A stretch of DNA of 63,704 bases, the filler included, from Octopus bimaculoides (lineage: Eukaryota), in assembly GCF_001194135.2 (NCBI RefSeq). It is 7 parts of 7 records of this genome, joined end to end, with 100 filler letters (N's around TTAATTAATTAA, not from the genome) between each part and the next. Parts side by side here need not be neighbours in the genome. Positions count along the whole stretch, not along the records: positions 1 to 11,293 come from NC_068982.1; positions 11,394 to 20,466 come from NC_068986.1; 5 more parts are not named here. One strand, written 5' to 3'. Positions within the stretch are counted from its first letter, which is position 1; the number at the start of each line of letters is the position of its first letter. The translations under genes and the position numbers were made by a program. Shown here one piece after another: positions 1-14,330 of this stretch. The notes under the pieces were generated by a model that ran no database searches, was not told the DNA's origin, and saw nothing but the letters and a program-made list of their open reading frames with translations.

Positions 1-1516
1 ATTGAATTATACATTCTGTTCTTTTACTGATTTCACTGAATGGACAGTAGTTATTGTGGGACACTAACCATTCTGTCAATTCTCTGCATAATTAAATCAA
101 CAGGGAGTAAATAAGAACATTCTGGTATTCATTGCCGAGTGCAATTACTACAGGAGCACAAAGTCGTAAAAATTATTTTATAACCAGAAAAATGCGATTA
201 CATTTTACTGTTCTAAAATAAGTTTTATTGAATAATAAAAAAAAAAACCCACAAAAATTGGAGTGCCTCATCGAATTCTAAATTTTATCTATCTATCTGT
301 CAACTGATCCTTCTAAAGAGTTTACACTTATAATTTGTAAGAGAATATTTCAGGTATAAAACTCCTTCACGAAGATAAATTGCTGGGTGGTGGCGGGTCC
401 TGTCAGAAACATTGTCTGCAAGCTGCATATCTGCATCAAAAATTTCACACTCGCACTTCTACTAGTAAAAGAAAATTAGATAAATGATATAATCATGACA
501 TCACACTCGTTAATAAAACTGCTAAACTTGAATATTATGAAGGCTATCCTTATCAATAGCCTAATCTCATCTAAAAACTATAAACTCGAGCTGCATGGAC
601 TTGATTGTCTATCGTAGCAACATCATACTGCGCATGTCACAACTCCAACTTCATCCAACATATCTGGGCATTACGTAGCTGTCCATCACCATCATTCGCG
701 TCCTCTTAATAAAGAGGTTTTAAATTTCAGATATCGGAATATATAGTAACACTTGTAACGTGTTAATTTGACTTACTCTCTGTTTGCACACGCTTATTTT
801 CCTATTTGCATTCTAATAGCTTATTCACATTATTCACATAATTTGAACAACTCAAACTTATTATACTACAGTACGATATATGTATGTATATATATATATA
901 TATATNNNNNNNNNNNNNNNNNNNNNNNNNNNNNNNNNNNNNNNNNNNNNNNNNNNNNNNNNNNNNNNNNNNNNNNNNNNNNNNNNNNNNNNNNNNNNNN
1001 NNNNNNNNNNNNNNNNNNNNNNNNNNNNNNNNNNNNNNNNNNNNNNNNNNNNNNNNNNNNNNNNNNNNNNNNNNNNNNNNNNNNNNNNNNGTACCGTTCC
1101 AATGCAGTAGACTGGGGAAATTGGTAGAGCATCAGATCAGCTACTTTGTGATACTTGTTTCGGCTCTTTGTGTTCCGAGTTCGATCAGTTTCACACCACA
1201 ATCAAACCCATGTGTAATCTTAGTGGTGTTCACTCTGATATGAATGATAGTGAGCAGATATTCGTTTGAGGATAACCTACTCTCTTTTTTCCCTTTGCAT
1301 CACCGGCTGAACTGCCATTCTAATCTACCGTTAAAAATATAAACATATCACACACAGAGAATACACGTAGACAGACACATACACACACATGCATCTAAAT
1401 TCATTATTTTGGTTTTGTGAAATTTATATGATATATATATAAACATTGTTTTGCTTTGTATGCATCATGCAATATGTAGTGAAATGAAGATAAGAGATTT
1501 TGCTTCTGACGCCACA

Positions 1517-1835
1517 AATTTATTTATTTATGCGCCCTTTTAAAGCTTAGCCAGGCTCATGGGCCCGGTTTCCTTGTTTCTATGGCGTATGTGTTCCCCG
1601 CAGCTGGACGGGACGCCAGTGCTTTGCAGCGTTACTCAAGAAACAAGAAGAAAGAGTGAGAGAAAGTTGGAGCGAAAGAGTACAATAGGGGTCGCCACCA
1701 CCCCCTGCCGGAGCCTCGTGGAGCTTCAGGTGTTTTTCGTTCAATAAACACACACAACGCCCGGTCTGGGAATCGAAACCACGATCCTTCGACCACGAAT
1801 CTGCTGCCTTAACCACTGGGACATTGCGCCTCCAC
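1517..1835 (-). mobile_element. tRNA(Arg)-like-derived SINE, full length (resembles octopus OR-type SINEs), tail type 1
   Basis: Minus strand reads GTGGAGGCGCAATGTCCCAGTGGTTAAGGCAGC (A box) ... GTTTCGATTCCC (B box), then a body shared with 33223-33600 and an A-rich end. A 9-bp target-site duplication GACGCCACA lies at 1508-1516 and 1836-1844. Confidence 0.88.
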
Positions 1836-2494
1836 GACGCCACAGATACATATATCATATATCATATATTGTATAAGACTGCTGAACAAATGAATGTGGT
1901 ACAAAATTTATGTTATTTCGGAAACCAACCAAATCTCGTTGATTTATCATCTTTTGAGATATTTATAAATAGTTTTAGTTACTTATTTTTACGGTATTTT
2001 CTTGTTTCGAATATTTGAACAATAGTTAACGTGAAATTCGTGTTAACGTTTTTCAGAAACTTCAAATTCTAACAAAATATACTATTTTTGTGTATTCAGT
2101 ATTTTCTCTTTATGGCTAAAAACGTTCAGCGACACATACACTCAGAGACACATACATCCACATACACTCAGACACACTGACTGACACTCGCAAACTAGAA
2201 ACAATGATACAATGTCTTCAGTTTAAATAAACATATAATCTACGGTATGGTATTTATAACATTTTAATTTGGAGGAATTGTCCCAATACGCAATTATTCT
2301 TACATATAAGAAACATACAAACATACATAGGTGTGTATACAGATATGAATGTACACAAACATACACAAACACACACACACATACACAAACACACACACAC
2401 ACATACACAAACACACACACACACACACATCGCACGTGCATATATGTGCGCGCACGTATGAATTTATGTATGTGTATATGTATGTATTTATATG

Positions 2495-2547
<53 letters not shown>

Positions 2548-4087
2548 NNNNNNNNNNNNNNNNNNNNNNNNNNNNNNNNNNNNNNNNNNNNNNNNNNNNN
2601 NNNNNNNNNNTGTGTGTGTATATATATATATATATATATAGATAGATAGATAGATGGATAGATAGATAGATAGATAGATATACATATATATATACATACA
2701 TATATATATATGTATGTATGTGTGTATATATATATATGTATGTGCGTATGGGTCTATGCTGGTGTCCGTGTGTCCGTGTGTTTATATGCACATACGAAAA
2801 TATGCGCATAATATATCCACAAAGCCAATATGGACAAAAAGATCAGCATGACGGTAGACTTAATGTGTTTCTTGCTTCTTGGAGTCTACTTCATTCTTCA
2901 GAAAAAAAATCCAAGGTTATGGAATTACTCATGCAAACACATTCAATCAGGTGGCCTTAGAAATCATTTCTTTTCATATAATAAGTAGAACCTTTGCTAC
3001 TCCTGTCTTTACCAGATTTCAGTCTTTATATTATTTTCTTAATTCTAAAGCATTTAAGAATCATTACTTTCCCAATGCTATATGAAAGACATGCATAAGC
3101 ACTTACGCACACATAAAATATACAAATGCACATGTGCACTCTGTAAAAAGGAATATTTTTTTCGGTGTGTGGTGGGAGGTATCTCTGGTGCTTTTCTCAA
3201 TCTTACTTTATCATATTTATCTAGCACCCACACCAGACTCACACTTACACACATAAATATAAATATAAAACTACACACAAACACGCACGCACACAATCAT
3301 AGGCTTATCTTTTTATATATGTATCCATGTCATCTGTAAAGTATATCTATCTATCAATCTGTGTGCACGAATACATACGTGTATATTTATAATCTCTATC
3401 CATATTTATATGTGTGTGTGTGTGTGTGTGTGTGTTATGTGTGCGTCTACGTGTATATGAGATCAATCGATAATCAATGATTCATCTGCCCTATCGAAGT
3501 TATCCCTGAAAAGCAGGCCGATGTAGGTAGATTATCTGACAGCTATATAAATTGAGGCCATGAGAATATATTGCTCTTGCTAGAAAAAACTCAACATTTT
3601 CAGTGGATTACATCGTTTCATCAATAGATTGGATGCCGAATACTGCAACCACGAGACTATTTTGCTTCTACGCTCTCTCAAAATTAGCAGTTCACTTATA
3701 CATACACATATATATTAATCATCTGAGCCCGTAACATCGGTTTACCGGTAGATGGCTTATTTTTCTCTATACCGTAGCACCGGTGGAGTGCTAGGTATAT
3801 CGTAAAATAAGGTTCAGAAGATCAGGGCTCAAAGGGTTAATGATAAAAAAAAACAAATATATGGAAACACAAGAATAAATTTATTCTTATTATGTCCAAA
3901 TAGAATAAAGTAGGAATGCTTTTGATGTTTCGGACATTGGTACTTCATCAGAAAGAAACAATGTATTGAAAGGAGAGAAAATAAACAGAACGCAAAAGCG
4001 GGAAGGAGAAAGGAAACGAACATAAAATACGAGCTGAATGGATTCAGATACATGTACTTACAGACACACACACACGCACAGGCACTC

Positions 4088-4200
4088 ACACACGCACGCA
4101 AGCTAGTACGCACGCACAGGTACACACACACGCACGCAAGCTAGTACGCACGCACAGGTACACACACACGCACGCAAGCTAGTACGCACGCACAGGCACA
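4088..4200. repeat. 38-bp minisatellite, 3 copies (CACACACACGCACGCAAGCTAGTACGCACGCACAGGTA)
   Basis: Three near-identical tandem units read directly from the sequence. Confidence 0.9.
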
Positions 4201-6247
4201 CACACACAGTTATTTAAAATAGCTAAATGAGTGTAATAATTAAAATGAATTCGATTTATATATGAGTTTTACATATTTATATTTGACTTTCACAAATATT
4301 TTGTAGGTCAGAAAATACGACCAAGAATCTCAAATCTATCATATTCCGAGTAAATGTTACCGATTACATTAAATACCACTTATCGTCTTCAAAGAAGGCG
4401 TTATGTGTTTTACAAGGAAGACTTGTTCCCATATTCTGAATAACAAGCTTTAAATAGCTGTTCATCATAACTTATTTACATCTTCATTCTACAGTACAAT
4501 AACACATATCTGCTTACACGTATACTCCAGACTAGAGTTCTGCATACAATTGCACTCCGAAGTAGATAACACATGCATATCAGTTATGCTACTGCTACCA
4601 GAAAGGCCGTTTAGATTTATTAACAAGAGAAATGAGCCAACGAGGAAGCTCCATCTGGCTGTTTGACCTTCTAGAATTAGATGTCTTAAAAGAAAAAGAC
4701 ATTAATATTGTTGTCGAAGTTGCACTGTTCTTATAAACAAGTGATAGTCAGGATTAGAACACCTTTGATCATAGCGCCGTCCAATAAGAGCTTACTTGCG
4801 GCTAAACAACGATTAAAATTAAGAATATTGAAACGAGCCATAAAATGGAGTTTTTCGTGGTCTATCTTTGTATAAGAATTAGGAACCAAATCTCCCTCAA
4901 AATCACAATATGTCGTCTTAAATGATAAATAGAAATGTAGTCGTTGATATATAGAATGTCTTTGTCCATAGGTATGACTGATCACAGCTGACTTGTTATT
5001 AAAATAAGAACAAGAAACATATCATCATCAACAATATCGAGAATAAAAACAATAAATGGAAAGAATATGATATATCAATACAATATTGTATCAGGAACTC
5101 TGAATTTTGAAACTTTCACATACTAAGGTTAAACTCTAGGTCAACCGTATTTAAACAAAACCTTAATCAAAAGTTGTACAGTGTGTCTAGAGCCATACTA
5201 CCTACTGTTTACTTCTTTTTTAAGACGGTGGTGTGTCTGAATTGAGAGAGATTTGGTTGCTATTCCTTCAAAGTTTGATGACCATGTATACCTCCGTTCT
5301 TATACAGTATAGTTTCTTAACTCCAGATGAACTAAGAATGAAAGATACTCCAACTGTGGCCATCCTACCTTTGTCTACAACATAGTGTATGCTGGCTAGC
5401 AATCCTTGATATAGGGGAAATACCTGCCTCAATCTTCAAAGGAAATTTTAAGGTTCCGAGAGAATTAATTGTTTTCCAGCAGAAAACTCTACCTTCGGAT
5501 GAGAACTACTTAATAATTTTTCTCAGTGCTTTGCTAGATATATATTTTCTCAATGTTGGTTTTAGGCAGGTTTATTTTGAATAAATAATTACATACTGAA
5601 AGAGCCATTTTAATCTCATCCAAACGAAGAAAAACTTTTGATTTAACATTTAGTTATTTCAGGAGGTGTTAAACTTTTCGTCGCGAAGCTGAGCTGTAAT
5701 CATAGACATAGTTTCTTTACAAGCAGTGAATTATGATAGTAGCAAGGTCACGGTGATTTGACGGAAATTTAAGCACCTCGCGTTATAAATGTTAAGTGAA
5801 TTTAATAGTTTTTGTTTGTTTATTTATGGCCTAAAATGGCTGTAATTGGTTTACTGTAAACAGGCAGTCTTATATCAATACACTGTCTTTCACTTGCAAG
5901 GCACTAAATTGTATAGTAAACGAGAATTTTTCTTTAAGATCAAGACGATAGAATATATTCTGAGGATGATTTGACTGCTATAATTAGTATGTCGTAAGAT
6001 CACGTAGAGCATCATATTCAGAGTGTATAACTTTTCTTGATATTATTTACCTTATCAGCATTACAAATGTCATTGTTATTTACAATGGTGGCCATTGTTG
6101 TCTGTTTGGATGCTGTGATGTGTGCAGAAGTGTTAAGTCTTATCGGTTATTCATCCTAGTCTCAGTTCTATCTGTCACCAGTTCACTCTTTTTCATTGAT
6201 TCCTGGTTAATTACTAATGTATATCACGTCGTTGCAACTCCATAATC

Positions 6248-6306
<59 letters not shown>

Positions 6307-6639
6307 GCACACATGCAGACACACAACACACAAACATATACGCATGCGCAAACACAGAGATAGACACGGACACAGACACAGAGACACACAGATACAAACA
6401 CATACACACATATAAGCCATATACATATATATATATATNNNNNNNNNNNNNNNNNNNNNNNNNNNNNNNNNNNNNNNNNNNNNNNNNNNNNNNNNNNNNN
6501 NNNNNNNNNNNNNNNNNNNNNNNNNNNNNNNNNNNNNNNNNNNNNNNNNNNNNNNNNNNNNNNNNNNNNNNNNNNNNNNNNNNNNNNNNNNNNNNNNNNN
6601 NNNNNNNNNNNNNNNNNNNNNNNNNNNNNNNNNNNNNNN

Positions 6640-6670
<31 letters not shown>

Positions 6671-7756
6671 TACACATATCAATGTGTGTGTATATACATA
6701 CATGTATGTATATATGTGTGCATATATACTGAGTGCACATATGTCTGCATGTTGAAACTAAAGAAACATACAGGAACACACAGAAAAAGTGTCATAATAG
6801 ATAATAGCCAACGTTAAATAACCGAAGACACTTCTAAAGCCACTAGACCGAATTTATAGCTGGTGACTTTGAGAACTGAATGCTATCTTCATGATAACTG
6901 TATATGAAATACACCTAAAAATATATTGCTGTCAATTTCGATAAATTGCTGTAGTGAAACGTTCAACAAAATGCATATAGTTTCAACAATATTCATAATT
7001 TATTTCACACACATACACAGACGCACACAGACACAGACACAGACACACACAGGCACGTTCACATATAGAATCACACACATACACACTGACTGAAGAAAAT
7101 GTCATCTATCTCTAATACATTAACATCTTCGCATCGCCGATGCAATACTAAAACTTTCTGTGTCCCTCTGCTCCGCTAGAAAATGTTTCAGATCACAAAG
7201 ACTATATGTGCATATANNNNNNNNNNNNNNNNNNNNNNNNNNNNNNNNNNNNNNNNNNNNNNNNNNNNNNNNNNNNNNNNNNNNNNNNNNNNNNNNNNNN
7301 NNNNNNNNNNNNNNNNNNNNNNNNNNNNNNNNNNNNNNNNNNNNNNNNNNNNNNNNNNNNNNNNNNNNNNNNNNNNNNNNNNNNNNNNNNNNNNNNNNNN
7401 NNNNNNNNNNNNNNNNNNNNNNNNNNNNNNNNNNNNNNNNNNNNACACATACATATCTGTATCGCTTATAAATCTCGTTGAAGAAAGAACTTAATGTACT
7501 ATAGATGCAGCGCTGGTAATTATCTACCTAACTAGGTGAAGCTCTACAACTGTACGAATGTTTCAGTACATTGTTGTATATAACAACAGACTTTGTTGAT
7601 ATAAAATATGTGTAGAAGAATACAAATGATAGACAAACTTGGCAGTATGTGTACTGACATTAAGCTAATCCTAGAGTAGGTGTTATTTAACTTTATCTAA
7701 ATCTTATCTATTACAATACTACTTGGCACCTTAACTTTAATCAAACTCATGAACGT

Positions 7757-7806
<50 letters not shown>

Positions 7807-7809
7807 TAA

Positions 7810-8600
7810 CCTCTCACTACGTGGTTATCACCTTTAAATACTGTTCTGGTTCCATCTTGTTCAGTTTGTCCACTGAAGAAACAAGAACTTCATTGAAACA
7901 ATTATGCTGTGGTAAGACATCAAAAGTCAGCACTTACGTAATCTCTGGATCTGTAAAAAATAATGGCTATATATCTCTTAAATACCATTTTAGTGACTTT
8001 ATGTTATCAAAAATCACCACTGCACCATAATCCTTCGAAACATGAACGGTGCTCTTCTACAGCTGTTACAGTCGATCCAAATGCTAGGTCTTACTATCTT
8101 GGAAGACCTTTCCAGGAGAAAGCACATCGACTTTAAAATATCGAAGATCACGACTCAAAGAATAGTCTTCCTCTCCACGACTAGAAAATATTTAATTCCC
8201 AAACAGCAGCTTACATTCTACAAGACTCAAGTGAGGTCCCTTATGAAAAACATTCCATCACAGGCACGCTGTCACCTTCCTCTATTTTATCTACAGCTAA
8301 TAAAATGGCCTTTGCTCCTTGAAGCCGGCTAATGTCGTACCTATTTAGGCACCAACGTCTCATCACTTCATCTTTTATCACCCTTGTGGCATCCAACCCT
8401 TACTCCCCTATCTCGTACTTACGACTATGCCAAACCCTTACTCCCCAGAGCGCCGGTGTTTTGGACTCACTTCTCTGATCTTCTCCATTTTTATGGTACT
8501 GACCTGCAACATTTTAAACAGAACATTAACGGCATCGACATCACTGGTCTTAGACAGCTTGAGGGGTCCATAGACACTGCTATTTCCTTTAGACATAGCA
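7810..8600 (+). mobile_element. Decayed non-LTR retrotransposon 3' fragment (CR1/Jockey-group RT C-terminus)
   Basis: Translation LGLTILEDLSRRKHI...RKYLIPKQQLTFYKTQVRSLM matches the LGV.I..DLSW..HI...R.Y....L..YK.Q.RP.MEY pattern. Downstream frames give TYDYAKPLLPRAPVFW and DLQHFKQNIN, which match the CR1-like terminal motif. Frameshifted. Confidence 0.7.
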
Positions 8601-9009
8601 AGTAAAAAATGTAGGATATACAGGATCAAGTAAACTTAAATACATTCATCGAATAAAATAAGCAACTCGTTATTGTTGGGACACCTTTGAGTAAAGACCA
8701 TTCAACCATAACTGATTATCAGCGAAAACCTAATCATGCGAGTTCATGCGGTATATTCAACATGCTCACTCTACCTGCTAAAAATAGCCGTCAAAAATGT
8801 TCAAAGTACAACCCATCTTCTTGAAAAGTTGATAAACACATTGGCTATGTGTTTTGGAAAATAAGAGATGTTTATGGCTGGGAAATCTTTGATCAAAGGC
8901 TTGCTCACTCAGGATTGACTTCAACCTAAGCAAGAACAGCAATTACAATATTTTGACTGTTTCTGATTTAGGTAGAAGACCAAAAAATTTGAGGGAAGTA
9001 AGGATAGCC

Positions 9010-9172
9010 AATTACATCGGTCTTAGTACTTTACAGGTACCTTATTTTATGCATTTCGAAAGAATGAAGAAGGAAGTTGACCTCTGCGAGATTTGAAACG
9101 CCGAACGTAAAGAGATAGAAGAAATACTACAATGCATTTTGTTCGACGCTTTAACGATTCTGCCAAATTCAC
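9010..9172 (-). mobile_element. SINE family A, old degenerate copy
   Basis: Diverged match to the family-A core (GTACC-TTATTT...GAAAG.ATGAA...G.GACCTC.GCG.ATTTGAA) and head (TTAACGATTCTGCCA). Confidence 0.6.
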
Positions 9173-10574
9173 CGGCCTCAATAGTGTACTAATAAAACTC
9201 TAATTGACACTTCAGAATCAATATCTCATCTAACGATCTCTCAATCTGTTATATATAAGCATGATATAGGAGACAGAAACAATGTATCCAGCAGTGTGGT
9301 TTACATGTACGTTTGCTACCCAGTGGTTTAGGATTCGATTGACCAATGTACGTAGGTGTAATTTACTCACCAGAGACTGACATACGAGACGTTTGTAAGG
9401 GTTCTTCTTTCACGAAGAAGTATAGTTAAGAGCAGAATGACGTATAGTGAACTGAATACAATGCGTTTGTCTATTAGCTTTTAAACGTAATGAACACAAC
9501 AATCATTATCGTTGGTGAGCATTTCTCTCTCTCTCTCTCAAAAAAAAAAAAGAAATTTAAATGCACCAAATATGGAAAGGGAATGAACTCCAAAATTTGA
9601 GTTTATAATTGTGTATGTATATGTGTGTGTGTGGGGGGGGGGAGAGATTGAGAGAGAGGAGAAAGATAGAAAGAAAGAAAGAAAGAAAGAAAGAATGTGA
9701 AAGAGTGTGTGTATATTCTGCGTGTACATACCGGTGTAAAGTGGTGCTTAGAGGAGCATCCCTTCATACCTAAAACTTAATCTAGTGAGTCAATGAATAG
9801 AGATCGATAACATATGCACTGGGTACGTTATTATTAACTAAGACCATTCGAATGTTGTGGTCTGAGAATGACCACCCCCAATAACTGAAATCAGTAACAG
9901 CTTAAAAAATGTAAGGTTGTGAGGGAATTCAAGTCTGAATATAATCTGAGCGATTACCCCAAAATATTATCTCACATTTGTGATTACTATACTGATTTGT
10001 TTACAAAATTGTCACTATGGAGATAAGCTGTGATAATACGTCTTAACTCCTTTTTAAAAATTTGATCCATCCTAGCTGTCAATTAACGATTTACATAATT
10101 TCAGTTAATAAACATGGATAGATTTCTCTACCTTTTCATAAATGAGTGTCGTACAAAACGCAATGAAGCCTACGTCTATATTGCTGTCAACCTGCAAGAC
10201 ATCTTCCTTAAGTCACAAATCCTGGTGTCTTAGGAAAAGAAGTAAGCATTGGATTGTATAGTATAGTTCTATATATATTCAGGGATACAATGATTTTAAT
10301 CCAGACCCGCTGTTAAACAACTGCAGCCGTAATCTGCTGAATTATTTAACGGCATTTCGCACGTGTGCATATAACAACCTCTCTCTGTTTATTTAGTGTA
10401 ATTCACTTATGTTTCTTTCGTTGTTTTGTAATCCGAATCCTTAAGATCCATTGTATCCAATGACGATATCAAACGGAGAAAACAAAATCCACGTTACATT
10501 AAAACCCCATTGTCCTTTCCTCTCGTCACCAACAAACTAGCAATCTATAAACAGTATCCTATAATAATTAAAAA

Positions 10575-10720
10575 AAAGACGTAGAGGGCAGTTAGTATTT
10601 TACAATACTCTCAACAGACTACAAACAAGGCAACTCATCATCCAAATACTCCCGTGCAACAGTGGAGAGTATTTTCAAACGCTTCACATCAAGAAAGAAT
10701 GTCAACAAAAAAGAATACTG
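10575..10720 (+). mobile_element. Possible Tc1-type transposase N-terminal HTH relic
   Basis: Frame reads YKQGNSSSKYSRATVESIFKRFTSRKNV, loosely like the G.S...IS......STV..I.KRF...G.V pattern. Short and weak. Confidence 0.25.
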
Positions 10721-11293
10721 ATTTGGTGACGTTTCATCATTCACTGTGACGTTTACATCATACAACGTGACATTGTTGACATCCAGTGTGACGATCACAA
10801 TACCAACAATACAAATAATATCGATAACTGGTTGTATATAGGGGAAGGAAAATTGGATAGTAGGGTGCTTGTGTTATTCAAAACGCATAACTATCACAAC
10901 TTGAGTAAACACTCCGGATAATTCAGAAATAATGAACCTGTTTAAGATCGAGATGTTCATTTAGTATTGATTGATACGGCACAGTCTTCCATATGAACAT
11001 GTTTATACTATTTATAATTTTGCTAGGATATAAATTTACCATGCTGTGTATAAAGTTTAAATTTAGTATATAAATATATACCATATGATGTATGAATTTA
11101 CCAGGTAATGTATAAACTCAGCAGGTAGTATATAAAAGTTCTCATGTTGTCTACAAACATGCTAAATAATGAAAGCACGCAACATACATGCATGCATATA
11201 TACATACATACATACATACATACATGCATGCATACATACATACATACATACATAGATGTGTATGGTCATCTTTAACTGTATATATATATTTAT

Positions 11294-11393
11294 NNNNNNN
11301 NNNNNNNNNNNNNNNNNNNNNNNNNNNNNNNNNNNNNTTAATTAATTAANNNNNNNNNNNNNNNNNNNNNNNNNNNNNNNNNNNNNNNNNNNN
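11294..11393. other. Artificial 100-bp scaffold linker (N44-TTAATTAATTAA-N44)
   Basis: The same 44+12+44 layout occurs six times in the window. The 12-mer gives stop codons in all six frames. Confidence 0.95.
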
Positions 11394-11710
11394 TGTGTGT
11401 GTGTGTGTGTGTGTGTGTGTTCGTGTGAGTGTGTGTGCGTTTATAGATAGAGAAGTAGATATACAGTGTGCACTAATTATTGCCTGCATTAAATGCTAAT
11501 AGCGTGTGTCCCATTGTTCCTTTGTACGCATTTTTTTTTTCATCTTTTACATATTTTACTACGCAAACATCAACATATAGGAAGTAATAATGATTCTTTA
11601 TATGCTAACTTTATCAATATCAGCGTTTCAACCATTACTCTCACGAAATAGATCATCATATTCATCTTCATCATAACTATTAGCTTTATCATTATTTCTT
11701 TTTTTTTTGT

Positions 11711-11930
11711 ATTGCCCATAAGGGGCTAACCATAGAGGGAACAAACAAGTACAGACAAAGGGATTAAGTCGATTACATCGATCCCAGTGCCTAATTGGTA
11801 CTTAACTTATCGACACCGAAAGGATGAAAGGCAAAGTCGACCTCGGCGGAATTTGACCTCAGAACATTACGGCAGACGAAATAGCACTAAGCATTTCGCC
11901 CGGCGTGCTAACGTTTTTGCCAGCTCGCCG
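11711..11930 (-). mobile_element. SINE family A (tRNA-like head, GTCGACTTTGCCTTTCATCCTTTCGGGGTCGATAAA.TAAGTACCAG core, probably MESC/Meta-domain type), tail type i
   Basis: Reverse complement matches the 24149-24381 copy across head, core and the CCCCTT(G/A)TGGGCAAT tail. Confidence 0.88.
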
Positions 11931-13982
11931 ACTTATTCTTATTTCAGTCGATATTATTATTCTCATGAACATTATTCTTATATATATNNNNNNNNNNNNN
12001 NNNNNNNNNNNNNNNNNNNNNNNNNNNNNNNNNNNNNNNNNNNNNNNNNNNNNNNNNNNNNNNNNNNNNNNNNNNNNNNNNNNNNNNNNNNNNNNNNNNN
12101 NNNNNNNNNNNNNNNNNNNNNNNNNNNNNNNNNNNNNNNNNNNNNNNNNNNNNNNNNNNNNNNNNNNNNNNNNNNNNNNNNNNNNNNNNNNNNNNNNNNN
12201 NNNNNNNNNNNNNNNNNNNNNNNNNNNNNNNNNNNNNNNNNNNNNNNNNNNNNNNNNNNNNNNNNNNNNNNNNNNNNNNNNNNNNNNNNNNNNNNNNNNN
12301 NNNNNNNNNNNNNNNNNNNNNNNNNNNNNNNNNNNNNNNNNNNNNNNNNNNNNNNNNNNNNNNNNNNNNNNNNNNNNNNNNNNNNNNNNNNNNNNNNNNN
12401 NNNNNNNNNNNNNNNNNNNNNNNNNNNNNNNNNNNNNNNNNNNNNNNNNNNNNNNNNNNNNNNNNNNNNNNNNNNNNNNNNNNNNNNNNNNNNNNNNNNN
12501 NNNNNNNNNNNNNNNNNNNNNNNNNNNNNNNNNNNNNNNNNNNNNNNNNNNNNNNNNNNNNNNNNNNNNNNNNNNNNNNNNNNNNNNNNNNNNNNNNNNN
12601 NNNNNNNNNNNNNNNNNNNNNNNNNNNNNNNNNNNNNNNNNNNNNNNNNNNNNNNNNNNNNNNNNNNNATATAATTCAAACAAATAATTGTGATACTAAT
12701 CTATGCAACGATGTTTTCTTGACGCATGTGTGAATGTCTGCACAAAACATAAGAATGCTTTGAGGCTTACAAAATATTTTTTTTGTTTTGAAGATCCATT
12801 CGGGGTGTTCGTCTTTTACTATTATTGCCATTGCTTTAACTTCTGTTAGCCGCTCAAGGTAAATGTTCTATTTATTATCTGCCAATACAATCTTCATAGT
12901 TCATTTTTAAATTCGTATATTAGGTCGTATCTCTTGTTTTGTGTGGTGCAATATCCATTCATCCTATTAATATTCTCGGCGTCAATACTTCAGTTTGATA
13001 ACTATTTCTAAAGCTGAAATGTAACAAACCATAGTTTTTCTCTCAATAAAAAATTAGGAAATATTACTACGCACTATAACGCAAATTATCTAGCCATGAC
13101 GTAACTTGATATCTCTTATATCAAATACAGAATGATGTCTAAAACAATAATCTCTTCATCTGGGATTGAGAGCCAGATGAGATTTAACTGACACTTCGAA
13201 TCTTTTGCTTACTTTAAGGAAGAATATTCTAGAAGGGGATTTCATCTATTTACATTAGTATTTTTAACAAAAACAGGAACACGCTGGAAAGATCACAATA
13301 TGTGTGTATATATANNNNNNNNNNNNNNNNNNNNNNNNNNNNNNNNNNNNNNNNNNNNNNNNNNNNNNNNNNNNNNNNNNNNNNNNNNNNNNNNNNNNNN
13401 NNNNNNNNNNNNNNNNNNNNNNNNNNNNNNNNNNNNNNNNNNNNNNNNNNNNNNNNNNNNNNNNNNNNNNNNNNNNNNNNNNNNNNNNNNNNNNNNNNNN
13501 NNNNNNNNNNNNNNNNNNNNNNNNNNNNNNNNNNNNNNNNNNNNNNNNNNNNNNNNNNNNNNNNNNNNNNNNNNNNNNNNNNNNNNNNNNNNNNNNNNNN
13601 NNNNNNNNNNNNNNNNNNNNNNNNNNNNNNNNNNNNNNNNNNNNNNNNNNNNNNNNNNNNNNNNNNNNNNNNNNNNNNNNNNNNNNNNNNNNNNNNNNNT
13701 ATATTGGTAGATAGATAAAAACTTACAAACACACGTGTGTGTGTGTGCATGTGTGTGCTGGCGCGCGAGCGTGCATATATGTTTATCTACATATTTAGGT
13801 CAGATATAGGTGCATACATAAATACATACATCCATATATACATATTCTAGCAAAATACATCATCTTCATCGCCATCATAACTGTTTGATTATTCATTATT
13901 TCTATTGTTGTTGTTGTTGTTATTATTATTATTATTATCATTATTATTATTGTTATTATTATTAATATCATCATCTATAGAA

Positions 13983-14186
13983 AGGTGGCGAGATGGCAGA
14001 ATCGTTAGCACGCCGGGCAAAATACTTAGTGATATTTCGTCCGTTTCTAGGTTCAAAATCCGCAGAGGTCGACTTTGATTTTTCAACTTTAATGGTGGCG
14101 AAAAGTACCAGTTGAGCACTGGGGTCGATTTAATCGATTGTGCGTCACCCCGAAACTGCCAGCCTTGAGTCAAAATTTGAAACCAT
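13983..14186 (+). mobile_element. SINE family A, tail type ii
   Basis: GGCGAGATGGCAGAATCGTTAGCACGCCGGGC head, core, and CCTTGAGTCAAAATTTGAAACC tail. Confidence 0.85.
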
Positions 14187-14210
14187 TATCATTTTCAGTT
14201 AATCATAAGT

Positions 14211-14307
14211 TAAAGTCGACCTGCGAGGAATGTGAAATCAGAACGTAGAAAAAGACCAAAAGCCACTAAGAATTTCTCCCAGCATGCTAACAATTCTAGC
14301 AGCTCGG
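14211..14307 (-). mobile_element. SINE family A, 5' half, degenerate
   Basis: AAAGTCGACCTGCGAGGAATGTGAAATCAGAACGT...ATGCTAACAATTCTAGCAGCTCG is the reverse of the head plus half of the core. Confidence 0.7.
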
Positions 14308-14330
14308 TGTCTTAGATGACGATAAAAATA

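Noticed and set aside
4731-4991. 84-aa minus-strand ORF with a possible AG acceptor and GTAAGC donor
   Set aside because: No recognisable protein pattern and background composition; not supportable without RNA data.
11338-11349. Recurrent palindrome TTAATTAATTAA as a biological motif
   Set aside because: It is always centred in exactly 88 Ns, so it is an assembly spacer.
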